In this document: piece by piece, positions 1 to 13,760 of the stretch | Layout of the letters: every line of letters starts with the position of its first letter | Position numbering within the stretch: the stretch's first letter is position 1 | Source of the DNA: Octopus sinensis | Lineage: Eukaryota | Direction of reading: 5' to 3' | NCBI RefSeq assembly: GCF_006345805.1 | Contig: NC_043011.1 | Coordinates: forward strand, 54,944,464-55,008,463 | Length of the DNA stretch: 64,000 nt | Notes under the pieces: generated by a model | What the model saw: only the letters and a program-made list of their open reading frames with translations | Told to the model about the DNA's origin: nothing | Databases searched by the model: none | Made by a program: the position numbers and the translations under genes

Positions 1-270
1 GGCTATCAGATGTTGCTACACATCGCTGGTCACAATGTGCTTCGCATTGTTTTAGCCTTCAAATGACGCCACCCCGCTGGCTAAGTGAGCAGGCCAACAG
101 AAGAAAGAGTGAGAGGAAGTTGTGGCAAAAGAGTACAGCAGGGATCGCCACCATCCCCTGCTGGAGCCTCATGGAGCTTTAGGTGTTTTCACTCAATAAA
201 CACTCACAACGCCCGGTCTGGGAATCAAAACCGCGAGTTCGCTGCCCTAACCACTGGGCCATTACACCTC

Positions 271-272
<2 letters not shown>
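1..272 (-). mobile_element. tRNA-derived SINE family D (other copies about 3840-4095 on - and 37656-37965 on +)
   Basis: The head ggcccagtggttagggcagcg...ggtttcgattccc has tRNA A/B-box-like motifs; three homologous copies in the window. Confidence 0.75.
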
Positions 273-305
<33 letters not shown>

Positions 306-2979
306 TAGGATTCCATACAGTTGCAATATTATATCTTTGGCATTTAAAAGAAGAGGGGGTGCCATACAGGATTAAACGAAAGCTCCTCAATAGGAGCAGG
401 CAACACAAACTTTGCTTGGTTGAGAGGGCATGGATCCTAAAAATTTCTCCTGATCTGGAGGTGAGGGAGCACTTCTTATACTCTGAAAGTGGAGTGTGTT
501 CATGAGACTAAATTTGTGTTGACGACATGGATTTCCCACGCACTGACTTCATCATCATCATCATCGTTTAGCGTCCGTTTTCCATGCTAGCATGGGTTGG
601 ACGGTTCTACTGGGGTCTGTGAAGCCAGAAGGCTTCATCAGGCCCAGTCAAATCTGGCAGTGTTTCTACGGCTGGATGCCCTTCCTAACGCCAACCACTC
701 CGAGAGTGTAGTGGGTGCTTTTTACGTGCCACCCGCACTGACTTGTGAACAATAATTGTACATCAACTGACCCCTTTTGGACATAACTGGAATCGTTTGA
801 AGGGAGATAACTCCCTCCCACCCAGGAGCTTTTGCTGACCAACATTGAAGTAAAGATATTACGTGACTCCAGCCAGTAGGTCTGATGAGTCACATTGATT
901 ACTAAGAGCAATAATAGATGTGAATTCAATGGTTACTTTTTGACCACCCATAACCAATGGCCACAAAAAACTTGTGTGTATCTTTGTCTTGACATTATGT
1001 GATTGTTCTAAATGCGTACCACCATCATACAAGGTGTCCTTTGTTTCCAGTCTTCCATCCATGGAGGAGGGGCATCCAGCCATTGAAAATTTGCCTCAGT
1101 GAATTCTATCTAAGCTACAGAAACATGAAAAAAGTGGATGTTAAAATGACGATGATTTCCTACCAGTTCCTTATTCTTAGATAAGCTGTTTCTGTATGTT
1201 GTATGCCTTTGGTATGGATTAATGGAACAGAAGATGCTTATGTATTGAAATACAAATAAGTCAGTCACTACAGGAGGAGGTTGTCACTTATGCAATGTTA
1301 GTGACGGCATGGTTCAGAAACAACACAGAAGACCACGCTAAGAGTTGCTGAAGCATGGAACAGACTGCCAGCATCAGTTGTTAGTTGTCAGAGCACTGCA
1401 TCCTTCAAAACTTCCATGCTTCCTGAGATTTGCCAACACTACACCTGATTTTCTCCCCTCCATACACACGCAAGCATGTATCTGACTCATACACTGTTCG
1501 CTTCCCAGACATTTGTACATTACTGCATATGCTTTATACGCACTTTTTGACAAGTTGTAGTGCACCTGAGCACTGTATACAATAATTTCATTATTATTAT
1601 TATTATATAACCTGCTTGCCTTCTTGGAACAAAAATGCAGATGAATTATGATTGACACTGGTTAGACAAGACTAACGAAAACAATTTTTTTTTCCTCTTT
1701 CTAATTTATATCCTATTTTTATGAGTAACAGCATTGTTAGCTATTGACTCCCAATAGGTCAACCACTTGTTTATTACATTTACAAGGAAAGCAACAAGGG
1801 AGTGTCTTTACCACATGGAAGAAATAAATATGCAAAGTATTTTCATTCTAAATCACTAATCTAACAAGTTTTTTGTCAATGCTTACATCCTTCAGCAGCA
1901 TGAATTACCAAATGATGTAGGGGGTTGGCGTCAGGAAGGGCATCCGGCCGTAGAAAACTTGCCACACGCATAGCGCTGCGTATATGTGGTATGTATATAC
2001 ACACCCATATGCAACAAGGGCTTCCATCTACCAAATTCAACTCATGAACATTGGTCAATCCAAGGCTTTAGGAAAAGATATTTTCCCCAAGTTATTTCAG
2101 AGTGGGATCAAACCTGGAGTCATGTAACTGCACAGTAAACATTTTAATCACAACCATATTTACATCTAATTAATTAATTGTTGTTGTTGTTGTTGGTGGT
2201 GGTGCTAATTGTGTCATCATTGTTAACCCTTTTGATACCAACCCACCTGAAACCACCTCTGGCTCTGTAGTACAGATGTTTTGTTTTCAAAGTTCCGAAT
2301 TAAAATCTTCCACCAAACCTTAGTCATAATTTATGGTCCTAACACTAGCTTAACGATAACCAAGTTATTTTACTAAATTCTTTGTTATATTTAAAATTAA
2401 CACAGAGTATCTCAACAGAAATATGGTAACAAAAGGGCTAAGTCCTCATCCAACCCTATTCTAAGAATACCTTTGATCAAAGGTGTTCCAACTGTAATCC
2501 TGTTTTGTTTTGTTTTGAGTTTTTTGGGGTTTTTTTTCCAGATATAGTGTATCAGCATTACATTATCTTATATCTCCTTTCTTATAAGACAGTAAGGAGT
2601 GACTTGAAGGACTTTTGACTGCTATTTCTAACAGGATGAACAACTACACAGAAGCTCTCTTGTTGATTCAATTATTTCGTTAAATTATTTTGAGATAATT
2701 GATTAAGAATCAATAGAAAATCTTTGAATTATCATAAATTATTTTTGGTAGTCAGAATTAATTATCCTACTGAAATTGAGCTGACAAAAAAGCCTTTATG
2801 TGGTCCACTGATCAGTTAGAAAGATCAAGCAAGATCTGAGGGTAACCTGATAACAGACAACTCTCTACTACAGCAATCCAGGATTAGTGATTTTATTCTC
2901 CCATTCCCCACACCCCATCAATCACAGAGGCCTTTCTTCCTCTGACTAAGTGTGATTTGTCTTTAAATCACACCTTATT

Positions 2980-3215
2980 ACCTATTTCTTTACTACCCAC
3001 AAGGGGTTAAACACAGAGAGGACAAACAAGGACAGACACACGGATTAAGTCGATTATATCAACCCCAGTGCGTAACAGGTACTTATTTAATCGACCCCGA
3101 AAGGATGAAAGGCAAAGTCGACCTTGGCGGAATTTGAACTCAGAACGTAACAGCAGACGAAATACGGCTATGCATTTCGCCCGTTGTGCTAACGTTTCTG
3201 CTAGCTCGCCGCCTT
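2980..3215 (-). mobile_element. tRNA-derived SINE family A (other copies about 25176-25405 +, 37265-37455 +, 42125-42345 -, 50365-50787 - tandem, 51290-51690 +)
   Basis: Shared body ggcggcgagctggcagaaacgttagc...gagttcaaattcc...gcctttcatcctttcggggtcgat...aagtaccag in many copies. Confidence 0.85.
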
Positions 3216-4536
3216 ATTACTTTTGAATCACACCTTATTACCTTTAAAAAAACGGAAGGACATACCGACTAATGTACTAACTGAGCTGATTTAGAGTTCA
3301 CAACAACAGCATCTAATAACAATACCAATTCCTGTATGCCCATCACTAACATCAAAGTTGGTTCTGATTAAATCAATAAACAATTCCTTTGTACAACAAT
3401 TTTTCTCTTCTACAAATGCAGAGTCACATGACATTTCCCATTTGCTCCATCCCCTTCATCCACCCTCACAAACCCCTTATTCTCGTTTCCTCTTTCATCG
3501 TCTTTAGCCCTGTTTTCCCAATCTTCTCCTTCAACTTCCTTCAGTAGTCATTTCCAACATTATTCTCACCCAGTCACCTTCACCCTTCCTTAGTACAATG
3601 TTTTCGTCCTGCTTCTCTTCACAGTATCCAACACTTGGTTCTATTCCCATCATTCTCTGCAATTCATAATTTGTTTACTTCTCACTCAGTAATACTTTGT
3701 TCATCCACTGAACCACTTTCAGTGTTTTGTGTTGTTGCTGTTGAGCGTAGCTGTCTTCGTCCTAATGGGAGAAGTCCGAAACATGGTCCTTTGCTATTCG
3801 TAAGACCCGCAGAAGAGAAAGCAGGTCAACCCCCAACACCGAGAGCATCGGCGGATGAATGCACATCCAGGCTCAGCGGTTGCGTAGGAAGTCGGGGACA
3901 GGCAACAGGAAGAAAGAGTGAGAGAAAGTTGGGGCGAAAGAGTACAACAGGGGTCGCCACCACCCCCTGCCGGAGCCTCGTGGAGCTTTAGGTGTTTTCG
4001 CTCAATAAACACACACAACACCCGGTCTGGGAATCGAAACCACGATCCTCCGAACGCGAGTCCGCTGCCCTAACCATTGGGCCATTGTGCCTCCACTTGT
4101 TGTTGCTGTACCTCCCAGACATTGAAAAAATTAGATCAACGAAGATTTGAGAGGATAACCTGATAGTGTAATGGATTGTTTCTTATTGTAACAACTCTTT
4201 CCTCTTTTGTTAAGCGATAACAAAACCTACAAACCTTAAAGATTCAGCTCAAGAGAAATATAGTACAATGACCTAAACAAGAAGCATAGCTAATATAGAA
4301 GTTATTCACGTGTATAACTATATAAGCTCAGAAGAGTTGGATAGAATTGGATCTGTTCAATTGTTAATGAAAACTGCTAAATCTAACATTTCATATCTTA
4401 GCTTTTGTGAGTGAGGAAAGGAGAGACATGTTGTGCTGTTGCTTGGGATGGGGACAAGAAACTTGGAGTCACTGACACAATCAGATTTCAAAATATTTTC
4501 CAGATTAGTAAATCAATGGAAATTGTAGTTGTGATA

Positions 4537-4842
4537 CCAGTGCCGGTGGCACGTAAAAGAACCATCCGAACGTGGCCGTTGCCAGCACCGCCCCGACTGG
4601 CCTCCATGCCGGTGGCACGTAAAAAGCACCAACCGATCGTGGCCGTTGCCAGCCTCGCCTGGCACGTAAAAAGCACCCACTACACTCACGGAGTGGTTGG
4701 CGTTAGGAAGGGCATCCAGCTGTAGAAACACTGCCAGATCAGACTGGGCCTGGTGCAGCCTCCTGGCTTCCCAGACCTCAGTCGAACCGTCCAACCCATG
4801 CCAGCATGGAAAGCAGACGTTAAACGATTATGATGATGATGA
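4537..4842 (+). mobile_element. Retroposon family C with (GAT)n tail (other copies about 549-740 -, 15185-15480 -, 45233-45553 +, 45910-46350 +, 53277-53428 +, 60075-60415 +, 60870-61105 +, 61227-61445 -)
   Basis: Shared gtggttggcgttaggaagggcatccagctgtagaaac...aacccatgctagcatggaaagcggacgttaaacgatgatgat, with internal tandem gccggtggcacgtaaaaagcacc units. Confidence 0.85.
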
Positions 4843-5010
4843 TCTTGTTTGAAGCTATACAAATTGTGGTTTTAATGCAATGGGTATGTAATGAAGGCAA
4901 TTGTAGAATTTGTAGAAATCCTTGATTATATGTAGCATTATATGATAATATTATCCCAGTTTGATAAGTCAATAAATATTATGTTTAAAGCTGTAAAAAT
5001 TATATTTTAG

Positions 5011-5389
5011 GTGCAGTGGAGGCATAATAAAGGAAAATGTGGAGTTTGTGGAGATCCTTGGCATGGTGTGCGGCATCACGAAACAGGTGGAAAATATGCA
5101 AATGGAATAATTTCCCGGAGTTACACAGAGGGAGATAACATTAAAGTAGCAGTTCATCTGACAGCAAACCATTTGGGCTGGTTTGAATTTCGCATTTGCC
5201 CCACCGACAACCCTGAAACTGAAGTAACCCAGGCTTGTTTGGATCAACACCTATTGTACAGTTCTGATGGACGCAATTCCCGGTTTCATGTAACAAAAGG
5301 GAAAAACAGTGTCTTCTTCAATTTTACAATAAAACTTCCCATTGGACTTGTTTGTGAACAATGTGTTTTTCAATGGAAATATCGAACAG
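5011..5389 (+). CDS. AA15 lytic polysaccharide monooxygenase (chitin-binding type-4 domain), internal exon
   Basis: Acceptor tattttag|GTG at 5011 and donor ACAG|gtatgt at 5390 (phase 1). Translation VQW..GKCGVCGDPW..HETGGKY..TANHLGWFEFRIC..CEQCVFQWKYRT matches AA15 motifs, including the second His of the copper brace. The signal peptide/His1 exon was not found in the window. Confidence 0.9.
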
Positions 5390-5479
5390 GTATGTGTGTT
5401 TATGTTCCCATATTTGAATGCATGTGCTTCATCATTGTCTGTTATCATTTCATCAGACATCTTAATTTTGTTGTCATCA

Positions 5480-5880
5480 AGCAGGAGTGGCTGTGTGGTA
5501 AGTAGCTTGCTAACCAACCACATGGTTCCGGGTTCAGTCCCACTGTGTGGCATCTTGGGCAAGCGTCTTCTGCTATAGCCCCGGGCTGACCAATGCCTTG
5601 TGAGTGGAATTGGTAGACGGAAACTGAAAGAAGCCTGTCGTATATATGTATATATATATATATGTGTGTATATGTGTTTGTGTGTCTGTGTTTGTCCCCC
5701 TAGCATTGCTTGACAACCGATGCTGGTGTGTTTACGTCCCCGTTACTTAGCGGTTTGGCAAAAGAGACCGATAGAATAAGTACTGGGCTTACAAAGAATA
5801 AGTTCCAGGGTCGATTTGCTCGACTAAAGGCGGTGCTCCAGCATGGCCGCAGTCAAATGACTGAAACAAGTAAAAGAGTA
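5480..5880 (+). mobile_element. tRNA-derived SINE family B (other copies about 16100-16500 +, 24185-24570 +, 24650-25030 +, 26767-27160 -, 40800-41155 -, 62015-62380 +; partial at 13355, 19135, 57110)
   Basis: gcaggagtggctgtgtggtaag...ggttcagtccc head, an internal (TA)n/(TG)n tract, and the tail gcatggccgcagtcaaatgactgaaacaagtaaaagag. Confidence 0.88.
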
Positions 5881-6134
5881 AGTCCTTTGACAATTTCTAC
5901 CCACCCAGCAGTTTCTGCTAGCACTTGAAATATTTGTAGTTTTTCTTATAAATATCTACAGTCAAAATTCTCTCGCCACTCATTTCTCTATCACTCACTT
6001 TGTCCTCTCAGCTGTATACATACAGAATTATTAATAGAGCCCCTTTTACTTATGTTTGTTATCTTTTAGTGGCCCATTTAGACGATTTGAGATTTTTGCT
6101 CATTGCCTCATTAGAATCCTCCTATCCCTGGGTA

Positions 6135-6380
6135 TTATATTTTTTTCTGCTGGCTTGGCATTCTCTCTGGAACAAACTTACTGCAGATGTCATGCATGAT
6201 TGTCATAAAGTGTTGTAGCTTTTTGTCAATGTCTTCTGTAGAAAGACTGGTAGACCAGTTATGTTCCATGTCCTCTTTCTTGATACCCTTCCAATCAGCT
6301 TTGTGAAAGTTCAGGTTGGAGAGGAGTTGGCTGCTGTGATTTGCATGTTGGGACATTACGAGGCTCCTGATGTTCAGCAA
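6135..6380 (-). mobile_element. CR1-like LINE fragment in the LPMO intron
   Basis: NFHKADW......NW.......ID.....F......C.KFVP resembles the EN-RT linker of CR1-type LINEs. Confidence 0.6.
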
Positions 6381-6928
6381 GAATACTGGTCTGACATGTA
6401 CAGAGATGTCAGAAGTGGCATGTCTGACTCTGTTTCGTTTTTCATTCTATCAATGATTGTTTAATGGTTTTATTTACTGTGTTTCATTATCAGTGTAAAG
6501 TATATTACTTAATTCACTTGCTTATTTTCATACTTATTTTATTTTTTTATTCATTGTAAGTTGCTTTATTACTTACATTAGAGGTGCCCTTCATTATAAC
6601 TGAAGTTTCTAATGTTTACAAGTAGCAAACAACAACTACCAAAACATATTCTAATTCAAATAAGTCAAACAGAGATTAAAAAATGCGGTACCTTTTGACA
6701 GGTCACCTGACAAGATACATCCAGACCTATGATGCACCACATCATACTCACCAAAGCACCAGTGCACAATAAGATAAAACGATTCTAATGAATAATAAAG
6801 TCTTGTGAATTCCATTTTCTTTTTCTCGTATGACATATATATATTTGCAATTGCCATTAACTATATATTTATCAATCTAAGATGATAGCTAATGAAATAT
6901 TTGAAAGATTTTTTTCTTTCTATTTCAG

Positions 6929-8220
6929 GAAATACATGGGACAAAGATGATAAATCTGGAATATTCTGCCTTGGTTGTGGTCCCCAGGAAGAATTTTACA
7001 ATTGTGCTGACATCACAATCGAACCACTTTCTGACCAAAACGATTACTCTTCCATATCTCGAAGGAAAGTAAATAGTGAAACTATAGATGGGAAGGCCAC
7101 TGTTGGAGTGAAAATAACCTCAGAAACAATACCAACTTTTAGACCAACAACATCGGCTACAGAATTAAAACAACAAAAAGGAAATGTGAAAACACGCAAA
7201 ATTAATTTATTTGATTGGGTTAATCAACTATCTCTTAAGAATGGAAAAAATCAATATCTCTTGAACAAAGATGTGGAACAAAAGAATGCTGACAAAATTA
7301 AAAAAATTTTTAGGTACAATTCTAAAATAACACAATCTACTATAGCATCACCAACTGAGAGATCAATTCCCAAACTAACCAATCTTGCTGTACCACCAAG
7401 CAGAAACTCTCACAGGAATACCAGATTGAAAACAAGTAAACCACGTGCTGACATGTCAGCTGAAAAAATTTATTCCAGAAATAGAAAATTGATTGAGACA
7501 ACAGTCTCTATACCAACTGTGATATTACCAAAAAAATCTTTTAAAATGTTTACAAACCGAGTTCCTTCGCGGCAAAATTGGTTTGTCAGAGATCATAAAA
7601 TGACTACTCAAAGATCTCCTGTTGCAATGGCAACGCCAAAAGCTTCGTTACCTTCCAAGCCATGTCATAAGCCAAAGACTGTGAGGAACCAAGTAAATAA
7701 GGTATCTCAAATTGTTGCTTCACCTGTTGGACGGTTTAACTTAGGTTGGTGGGGTGAACATTATTTCAAAGCCCCAGCTACTTCAAGAATTCCAGCAACA
7801 TGGCCTATAAAGCCAGTTTTGAAATGCCGTGCGATTATACTTTTATCTGGTGGAATGGATGACTGGTGTTTTGTAAATTGTAATGCTAACTACTGTCCAT
7901 CAAACTTGTGTCAATGCCGACGAGAATTAAGTTATGCTCCTGTCTATACATCCAGTAACGACCATGTGGCGGATCAAAGTTTATCATCACATGTAGCAGA
8001 TGATATTCAACAACCAATACATTTGCCATTAACCAATCAATTGCCAAGCCTGTCATCTCAAACAAATGTGGCCCCCCCTCTTCGCAACTCACAATATTCT
8101 CCAGTTGTGAACCGATGTAAAGCAATTGGCCTCCATGCAGGAAATGTTCACTTTGACCAATGGTGCAATCGTAACTGCTTCTCCTTTTGGTGTCCATCAT
8201 CCCTTTGTCATTGTAGATAA
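6929..8220 (+). CDS. AA15 LPMO terminal exon: end of catalytic domain, long basic S/T/P/K-rich linker and two 6-Cys modules
   Basis: Acceptor tctatttcag|GA completes a Gly codon with the phase-1 upstream exon. GNTW..CLGCGPQEEFYNCADITI is the AA15 C-terminal motif. The frame is open to TAA at 8218-8220. Confidence 0.88.
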
Positions 8221-10075
8221 CTCTAAAATATTTTTGTTTGATTGTTTTTCAAGACATTCCAGTTGCTATGTGTATATTTTTGTATGTATTTATAAATTTT
8301 ATATAAATTTTTCCAATGACAATTGCAACTTGCTCATAAACAATATGCTGGAGCAAAGCAACAAGACATTGTAATATTTGTTCAGCATTCAACAGACACA
8401 CTGTGGAGAATAAGTGATTGGAAACCAACTTTATAGTTTTGGAAAGTTTTTTTTTTATTTTGATTAGACAAAAAGTCAGTCATCAAAGAATTTGAAACTA
8501 AACTGAAGCCAGTATATTACTGGTATTCATCACCTAGTAATATAAAAAGCAAAATCAGTTGTGAGAGGATATGAACTCAGATACATATCATCTCAAACTA
8601 TATACTGTAAAAGATCAAGTCTGGTGCTCCACCATTCGTACAATGATGGATCAGTTTTGACAATGAACATTCAATTGCTCAGTCAATTGAACTCTTTAAA
8701 TTAACAAATAGTTGGATATTCCATAGACATGGGTACCCTGAACATATATTCTCAGGCCAAATCAGCATTACACTGTACGTAACAAGGCTGGACTTTTGAA
8801 ATACAGGGGTAAAATCCATTAACTGGACTTCTACATAATTTCAGTCTACTCCGTTTCACTCACAGGACATCACACTATGGGACTGAACCAAGGATACTGG
8901 GATTGCAAAGCGAACTTCTTAAACCATTTGACCTTGCCTGAACCCATAATAAACAATATCTACAACAACAATGACTCCTTACTTAAGTACAAAGCCAGCG
9001 GTTTTGAAGGGTTGAGATTGTAGTATATGCCATTGGCTTCAGTGCTTCACTGGCACTGTTTTTATCAACCTTGGAGCAATGAAAGATAAAACTGACACCA
9101 GTGGAATTTGAACTTAGAACATAAAGAGTCAGAAGTACTACAAAGCATTTTTTTCCAACACTCTAATGATTCTGCCAGCTCACCAGCCTAACAATAATAA
9201 GAAGAAGAACAATCATAATTCTTTCTAATTTTGGCAAAAAGCCAGCGATTTTAAGGGGAGGGGACAAGTTGGTAACAACAATACCAGTACTTGACTGGTA
9301 CATATTGTATTGATCCGAAAAGGATGAAAGATAAAGTTGACCTCAGTGGAATTTGAACTCAGAAGAAATGCTGCCAAGCATTTTGGCCAATGTGCTCATG
9401 ATTCAAATAATGGAGACACGTGTCCACACATTTGGAGATGCACATCCATACATATAAATATGGTACATAGTTCCAAAACACACACACACACACACACAGA
9501 CATGCACACAGAGGGAGACAGAGGTGCATACATATACACACACATACATAAAAAATACACAAACACGGACATGCAGCACATAAATATGCAGGATACATAC
9601 ATACAGATGCACACACATACATACATACATATATATATATATGCATACACACACATATATACATACACACAGGCATACATACATACATACATACATACAT
9701 ACATACATACATACATACACACACACACACTGACCCACACACATGTGCACAAATAAACAAAAAAAGGAACGCAGTGTAAATAACGGACAGAGTCAAGACT
9801 ATTGAAAAGGTTGCAAGATGCAAAAAAATTTTTAGGAAAATAAAAATAAGAAATAAGTGTAAATTTTACTGGTGAGTTTGTTAAGTTATAAGACATTAAA
9901 GGAAAATGACTCTCCACAGACACAACAGAATAATTTCTAGAAATAGAAACAAAACTATACATTTTGATTAAGAGAAGTCACAATTAATGTAAATGACAGC
10001 ACAACTTGACTAGAATAGAAGAAATAAGGCATGATTATAAAGAGTGACAATAATTATCTAGACAGAGATCACCCT

Positions 10076-10970
10076 AATTAAACTTATAATTATATATAAT
10101 TACTAGTTAAAAATAAAACTTATAATTATATATAATTACTAGTTAAAAATTAAACTTATAATTATATATAATTACTAGTTAAAAATTAAACTTATAATTA
10201 TATATAATTACTAGTTAAAAATTAAACTTATAATTATATATAATTACTAGTTAAAAATAAAACTTATAATTATACATAATTACTAGTTAAAAATAAAACT
10301 TATAATTATATATAATTACTAGTTAAAAATAAAACTTATAATTATATATATTACTAGTTAAAAATAAAACTTATAATTATATATAATTACTAGTTAAAAA
10401 TTAAACTTATAATTATATATAATTACTAGTTAAAAATTAAACTTATAATTATATATAATTACTAGTTAAAAATAAAACTTATAATTATACATAATTACTA
10501 GTTAAAAATAAAACTTATAATTATACATAATTACTAGTTAAAAATAAAACTTATAATTATATATAATTACTAGTTAAAAATAAAACTTATAATTATATAT
10601 AATTACTAGTTAAAAATTAAACTTATAATTATATATAATTACTAGTTAAAAATTAAACTTATAATTATATATAATTACTAGTTAAAAATAAAACTTATAA
10701 TTATATATAATTACTAGTTAAAAATAAAACTTATAATTATATATAATTACTAGTTAAAAATAAAACTTATAATATATATAATTACTAGTTAAAAATAAAA
10801 CTTATAATTATATATAATTACTAGTTAAAAATTAAACTTATAATTATATATAATTACTAGTTAAAAATTAAACTTATAATTATATATAATTACTAGTTAA
10901 AAATTAAACTTATAATTATATATAATTACTAGTTAAAAATTAAACTTATAATTATATATAATTACTAGTT
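10076..10970. repeat. AT-rich minisatellite, 36-bp unit, about 25 copies
   Basis: The unit aaacttataattatatataattactagttaaaaat(t/a) repeats almost perfectly and contains the internal palindromes taattatatataatta and actagt. Confidence 0.97.
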
Positions 10971-13355
10971 GAGATACCCAGCATTGCTCAGGAGTAAAAT
11001 GGCATAGTTTTATATAAATATATTACAGTTAGGTTGAAACAGGTAATACAGGAAAGTGCAGCATTGACAACAAAACATTTGTGGAGTAAATGATGGGCTA
11101 ATTCGACTTAGCAACATGCTTATGCATCTGTTTAGAGTATTTCAGGCCCTAACCTGTCATGGAAAATTGGAGGGGAGGGGGTTATGTGATTTTTGAACAC
11201 ACCAAAAAGCTGTTAGTGGCTATACTCTCTATTGCAGTAGTCTGCGTTGTCTAACTCAATCCATCATCTGAAATTTTGACACCTCCTTCAGGTTTGTTGC
11301 CCTACATCACTCATAAAAGTAAATTTGGAGGAACTGTGGTTGTTCTTTTGTGGGTAATAGGGAACCAATGAGGTGATAGACTTGCCCTTGAACTTTGACA
11401 TCAGTGTAAATTCATGTTTAAGTATCTTCTTGGATGCAGTAAACGATGTCATTTGAAATGCAGAGTTGTATTGTCTGATATTGTCCAGAAAATCCTTTGA
11501 CCGGATGGAAGTGCCTTGTAGAAGATCTATAAGAGGTTGAGAAGCAGCTGGTAGTGCTGGCAATATTACCTGACCACCTGAGGAGCGCATACCATTTGTT
11601 TCATTTGAAAATTTTAAAGCTCTACAGAAAAGACAATTTGTGTTTATCACACCAATTTGGACAGAGTTATCATTTTTATAAGAATTAGATGGATCATACC
11701 TGAAAACAGCTTCAGGAGTTGTGAAGAGCGAATTTGTACATAATTTGTTTCTGATAGCTAGTCTATTGGGCCTTTGTCTAATTAGTAAAACATTAATTTA
11801 ATAATCCAGCATCAAGTGCTGCAGCATGCATTTGCTGATCTTGGGAAAGTCTCATCTCCCTTCTCTCTTGAGACTCCATCTGATGTACTGCAGCATCCCT
11901 TTGCTGATCTTGAGAAAATCTCATCTAGCTTCTCTCTTCAGACTCTCGCCTTCAGTTTTCTACAATCGTCTTTGCTTTGTACTTGTTTCAAGACAGATTA
12001 TGGCATATTTTTTTACAATATTGTAAACAAAAAATTATACATTAATCCCTATTTTTGTAAGCAGTTGTATGTATGTAGTATGTTTTTATTTTTGCATGCA
12101 GTATAAATTAACCAAAGAGAAGCACGTGTATGAACTTCTAATTGAACGGTAAATGTGTATTTTTATATACCTTGGACCTGCCACCTCTTTGTTTTTTGTC
12201 AAGAGTTTCACTTCCTGCCGTTTGTTATGTCAGTCGACACATACACTGACACACCATTCTGCTCTGGTGACTGTAAAGATGGAAAGTTTCTGATGCGTAA
12301 TGTTGTTCACATTAGAATTAAAACTGAAAGAATGAAAGTGAAACAATATTATAGCCTTATCAATTTATAGATGATAAGCAACTTTCTTTGTTATAAGTAC
12401 AGATGTGACTAATTCGGCGAAACATTACTTACATTATTGAAACATCGTCACTCTCTCTCGTAATGCAACACATTGTCATTTTGGTTGAAATTGAAAGTGT
12501 GAAACTATTTTCACTTTCTAATGAAACCTGGTCGTTGTAGAGCAGCGTCTTTCAAATAACTAAAGCTGGTTGTTAAGGTAACATAGAATATATGTAAATG
12601 AAAATATATTTGTTAGCCAAAAAATTACTGAATGTTTTGATACCCCATACATGAAAATGAGCAACCCAATTTTCGAATGCACAAGGAACATACACGCGCA
12701 CACACATGCATGCATACACGCACACACAAACTCTCTCTCTCTCTCTCACACTTTTAGAACGTACATAAGGTATGAAACATCAGAATTTCTCTGTCACCCA
12801 TAATCCCTGCCTTTCATCTACAGAAACTTGTTTCCTGTCTCCATATGAAATGGACGTGTGTGTGTGTGAGGGAGAAAGAGAGAGAGATAGAGTGACTGAG
12901 TGAAGGTGTGTGTCTTGATGATTGATATCTTTGAAGGTACACACACATATAGAAAATGTGACGTCATCATCGTCGTAATAAAAAATGTTGATTTATGGAA
13001 AAGATTATAATGTTAAATTTTCGAAATGCAAATATGTGAATAAAAATTAGCTTTAATTTGTAGTCAAAATAGTACTAAATCTCTTGATACTCCATACGTC
13101 AAAATCAGTAGCTCAGTTTTGGAATGCATAAGGAATATATATATATGACAGACTTCTTTTAAACTGAAATAGTGTAAGAGATAAGAGATTGCTCTGGGCT
13201 CACATTAGGCAAGAAGTTGAAATTTGTTTTGGTCCATGACACTGCATGGACTCTAAGTAAGGCATGTATAAAATTCGAGTGAAATCAGTTGTGTAGTTCT
13301 TGAGTTTTAGGGATTCACACAGACATATAGACAGACACATTCTCATCTTTATACT
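10965..13355 (-). mobile_element. Internally deleted Helitron remnant
   Basis: ORF 11288-11650 (GQVILPAL..PLIDLLQG..SKDFLDNIRQYNSAFQMTSF) matches the RepHel N-terminal region. The minus-strand 3' end cctgagcaatgctgggtatctcaaCTAG|T gives a hairpin plus CTAG. There is a Helitron-like 5' region near 13350 and a 69-bp coding tandem duplication at about 11820-11950. Confidence 0.8.
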
Positions 13356-13686
13356 CTTTACTTTTTTAATTGTTTCCGTCATTTGACTGTGGCCATGCTG
13401 GAGCATCGCCTTTTTAGTCGAGCAAATCGACCCCAGGACTTATTCTTTGTAAGCCTAGTACTTATTCTATTGGTCTTTTTTGCCGAACCGCTAATGTTAC
13501 GGGGACGTAAACACACCACAATCGGTTGTCAAGCAATGTTGGGGGGACAAACACACACACACACACATATAGATTGAAGCCTGGTGCAGCCATCTGGTTT
13601 GCCAGCCCTCAGTCAAATCATCCAACCCATGCTAGCATAGAAAACGGACGTTAAACGACGACGCTGCTGCTGCTGATGATATATAT

Positions 13687-13760
<74 letters not shown>

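Noticed and set aside
1-5010. First LPMO exon (signal peptide and His1, HG.L..P..R)
   Set aside because: Not found by eye; probably upstream of the window.
5390-5505. C-terminal extension of the 164-aa ORF
   Set aside because: It is read-through past the gtatgt donor into the intron and a SINE.
6892-6928. ATG start of the 442-aa ORF as an independent gene
   Set aside because: The first 12 codons are intron and polypyrimidine tract; the exon starts at 6929 in phase with the upstream LPMO exon.
10076-10970. 36-bp repeats as a CRISPR array
   Set aside because: The units are contiguous with no unique spacers, there are no cas genes, and the context is eukaryotic.
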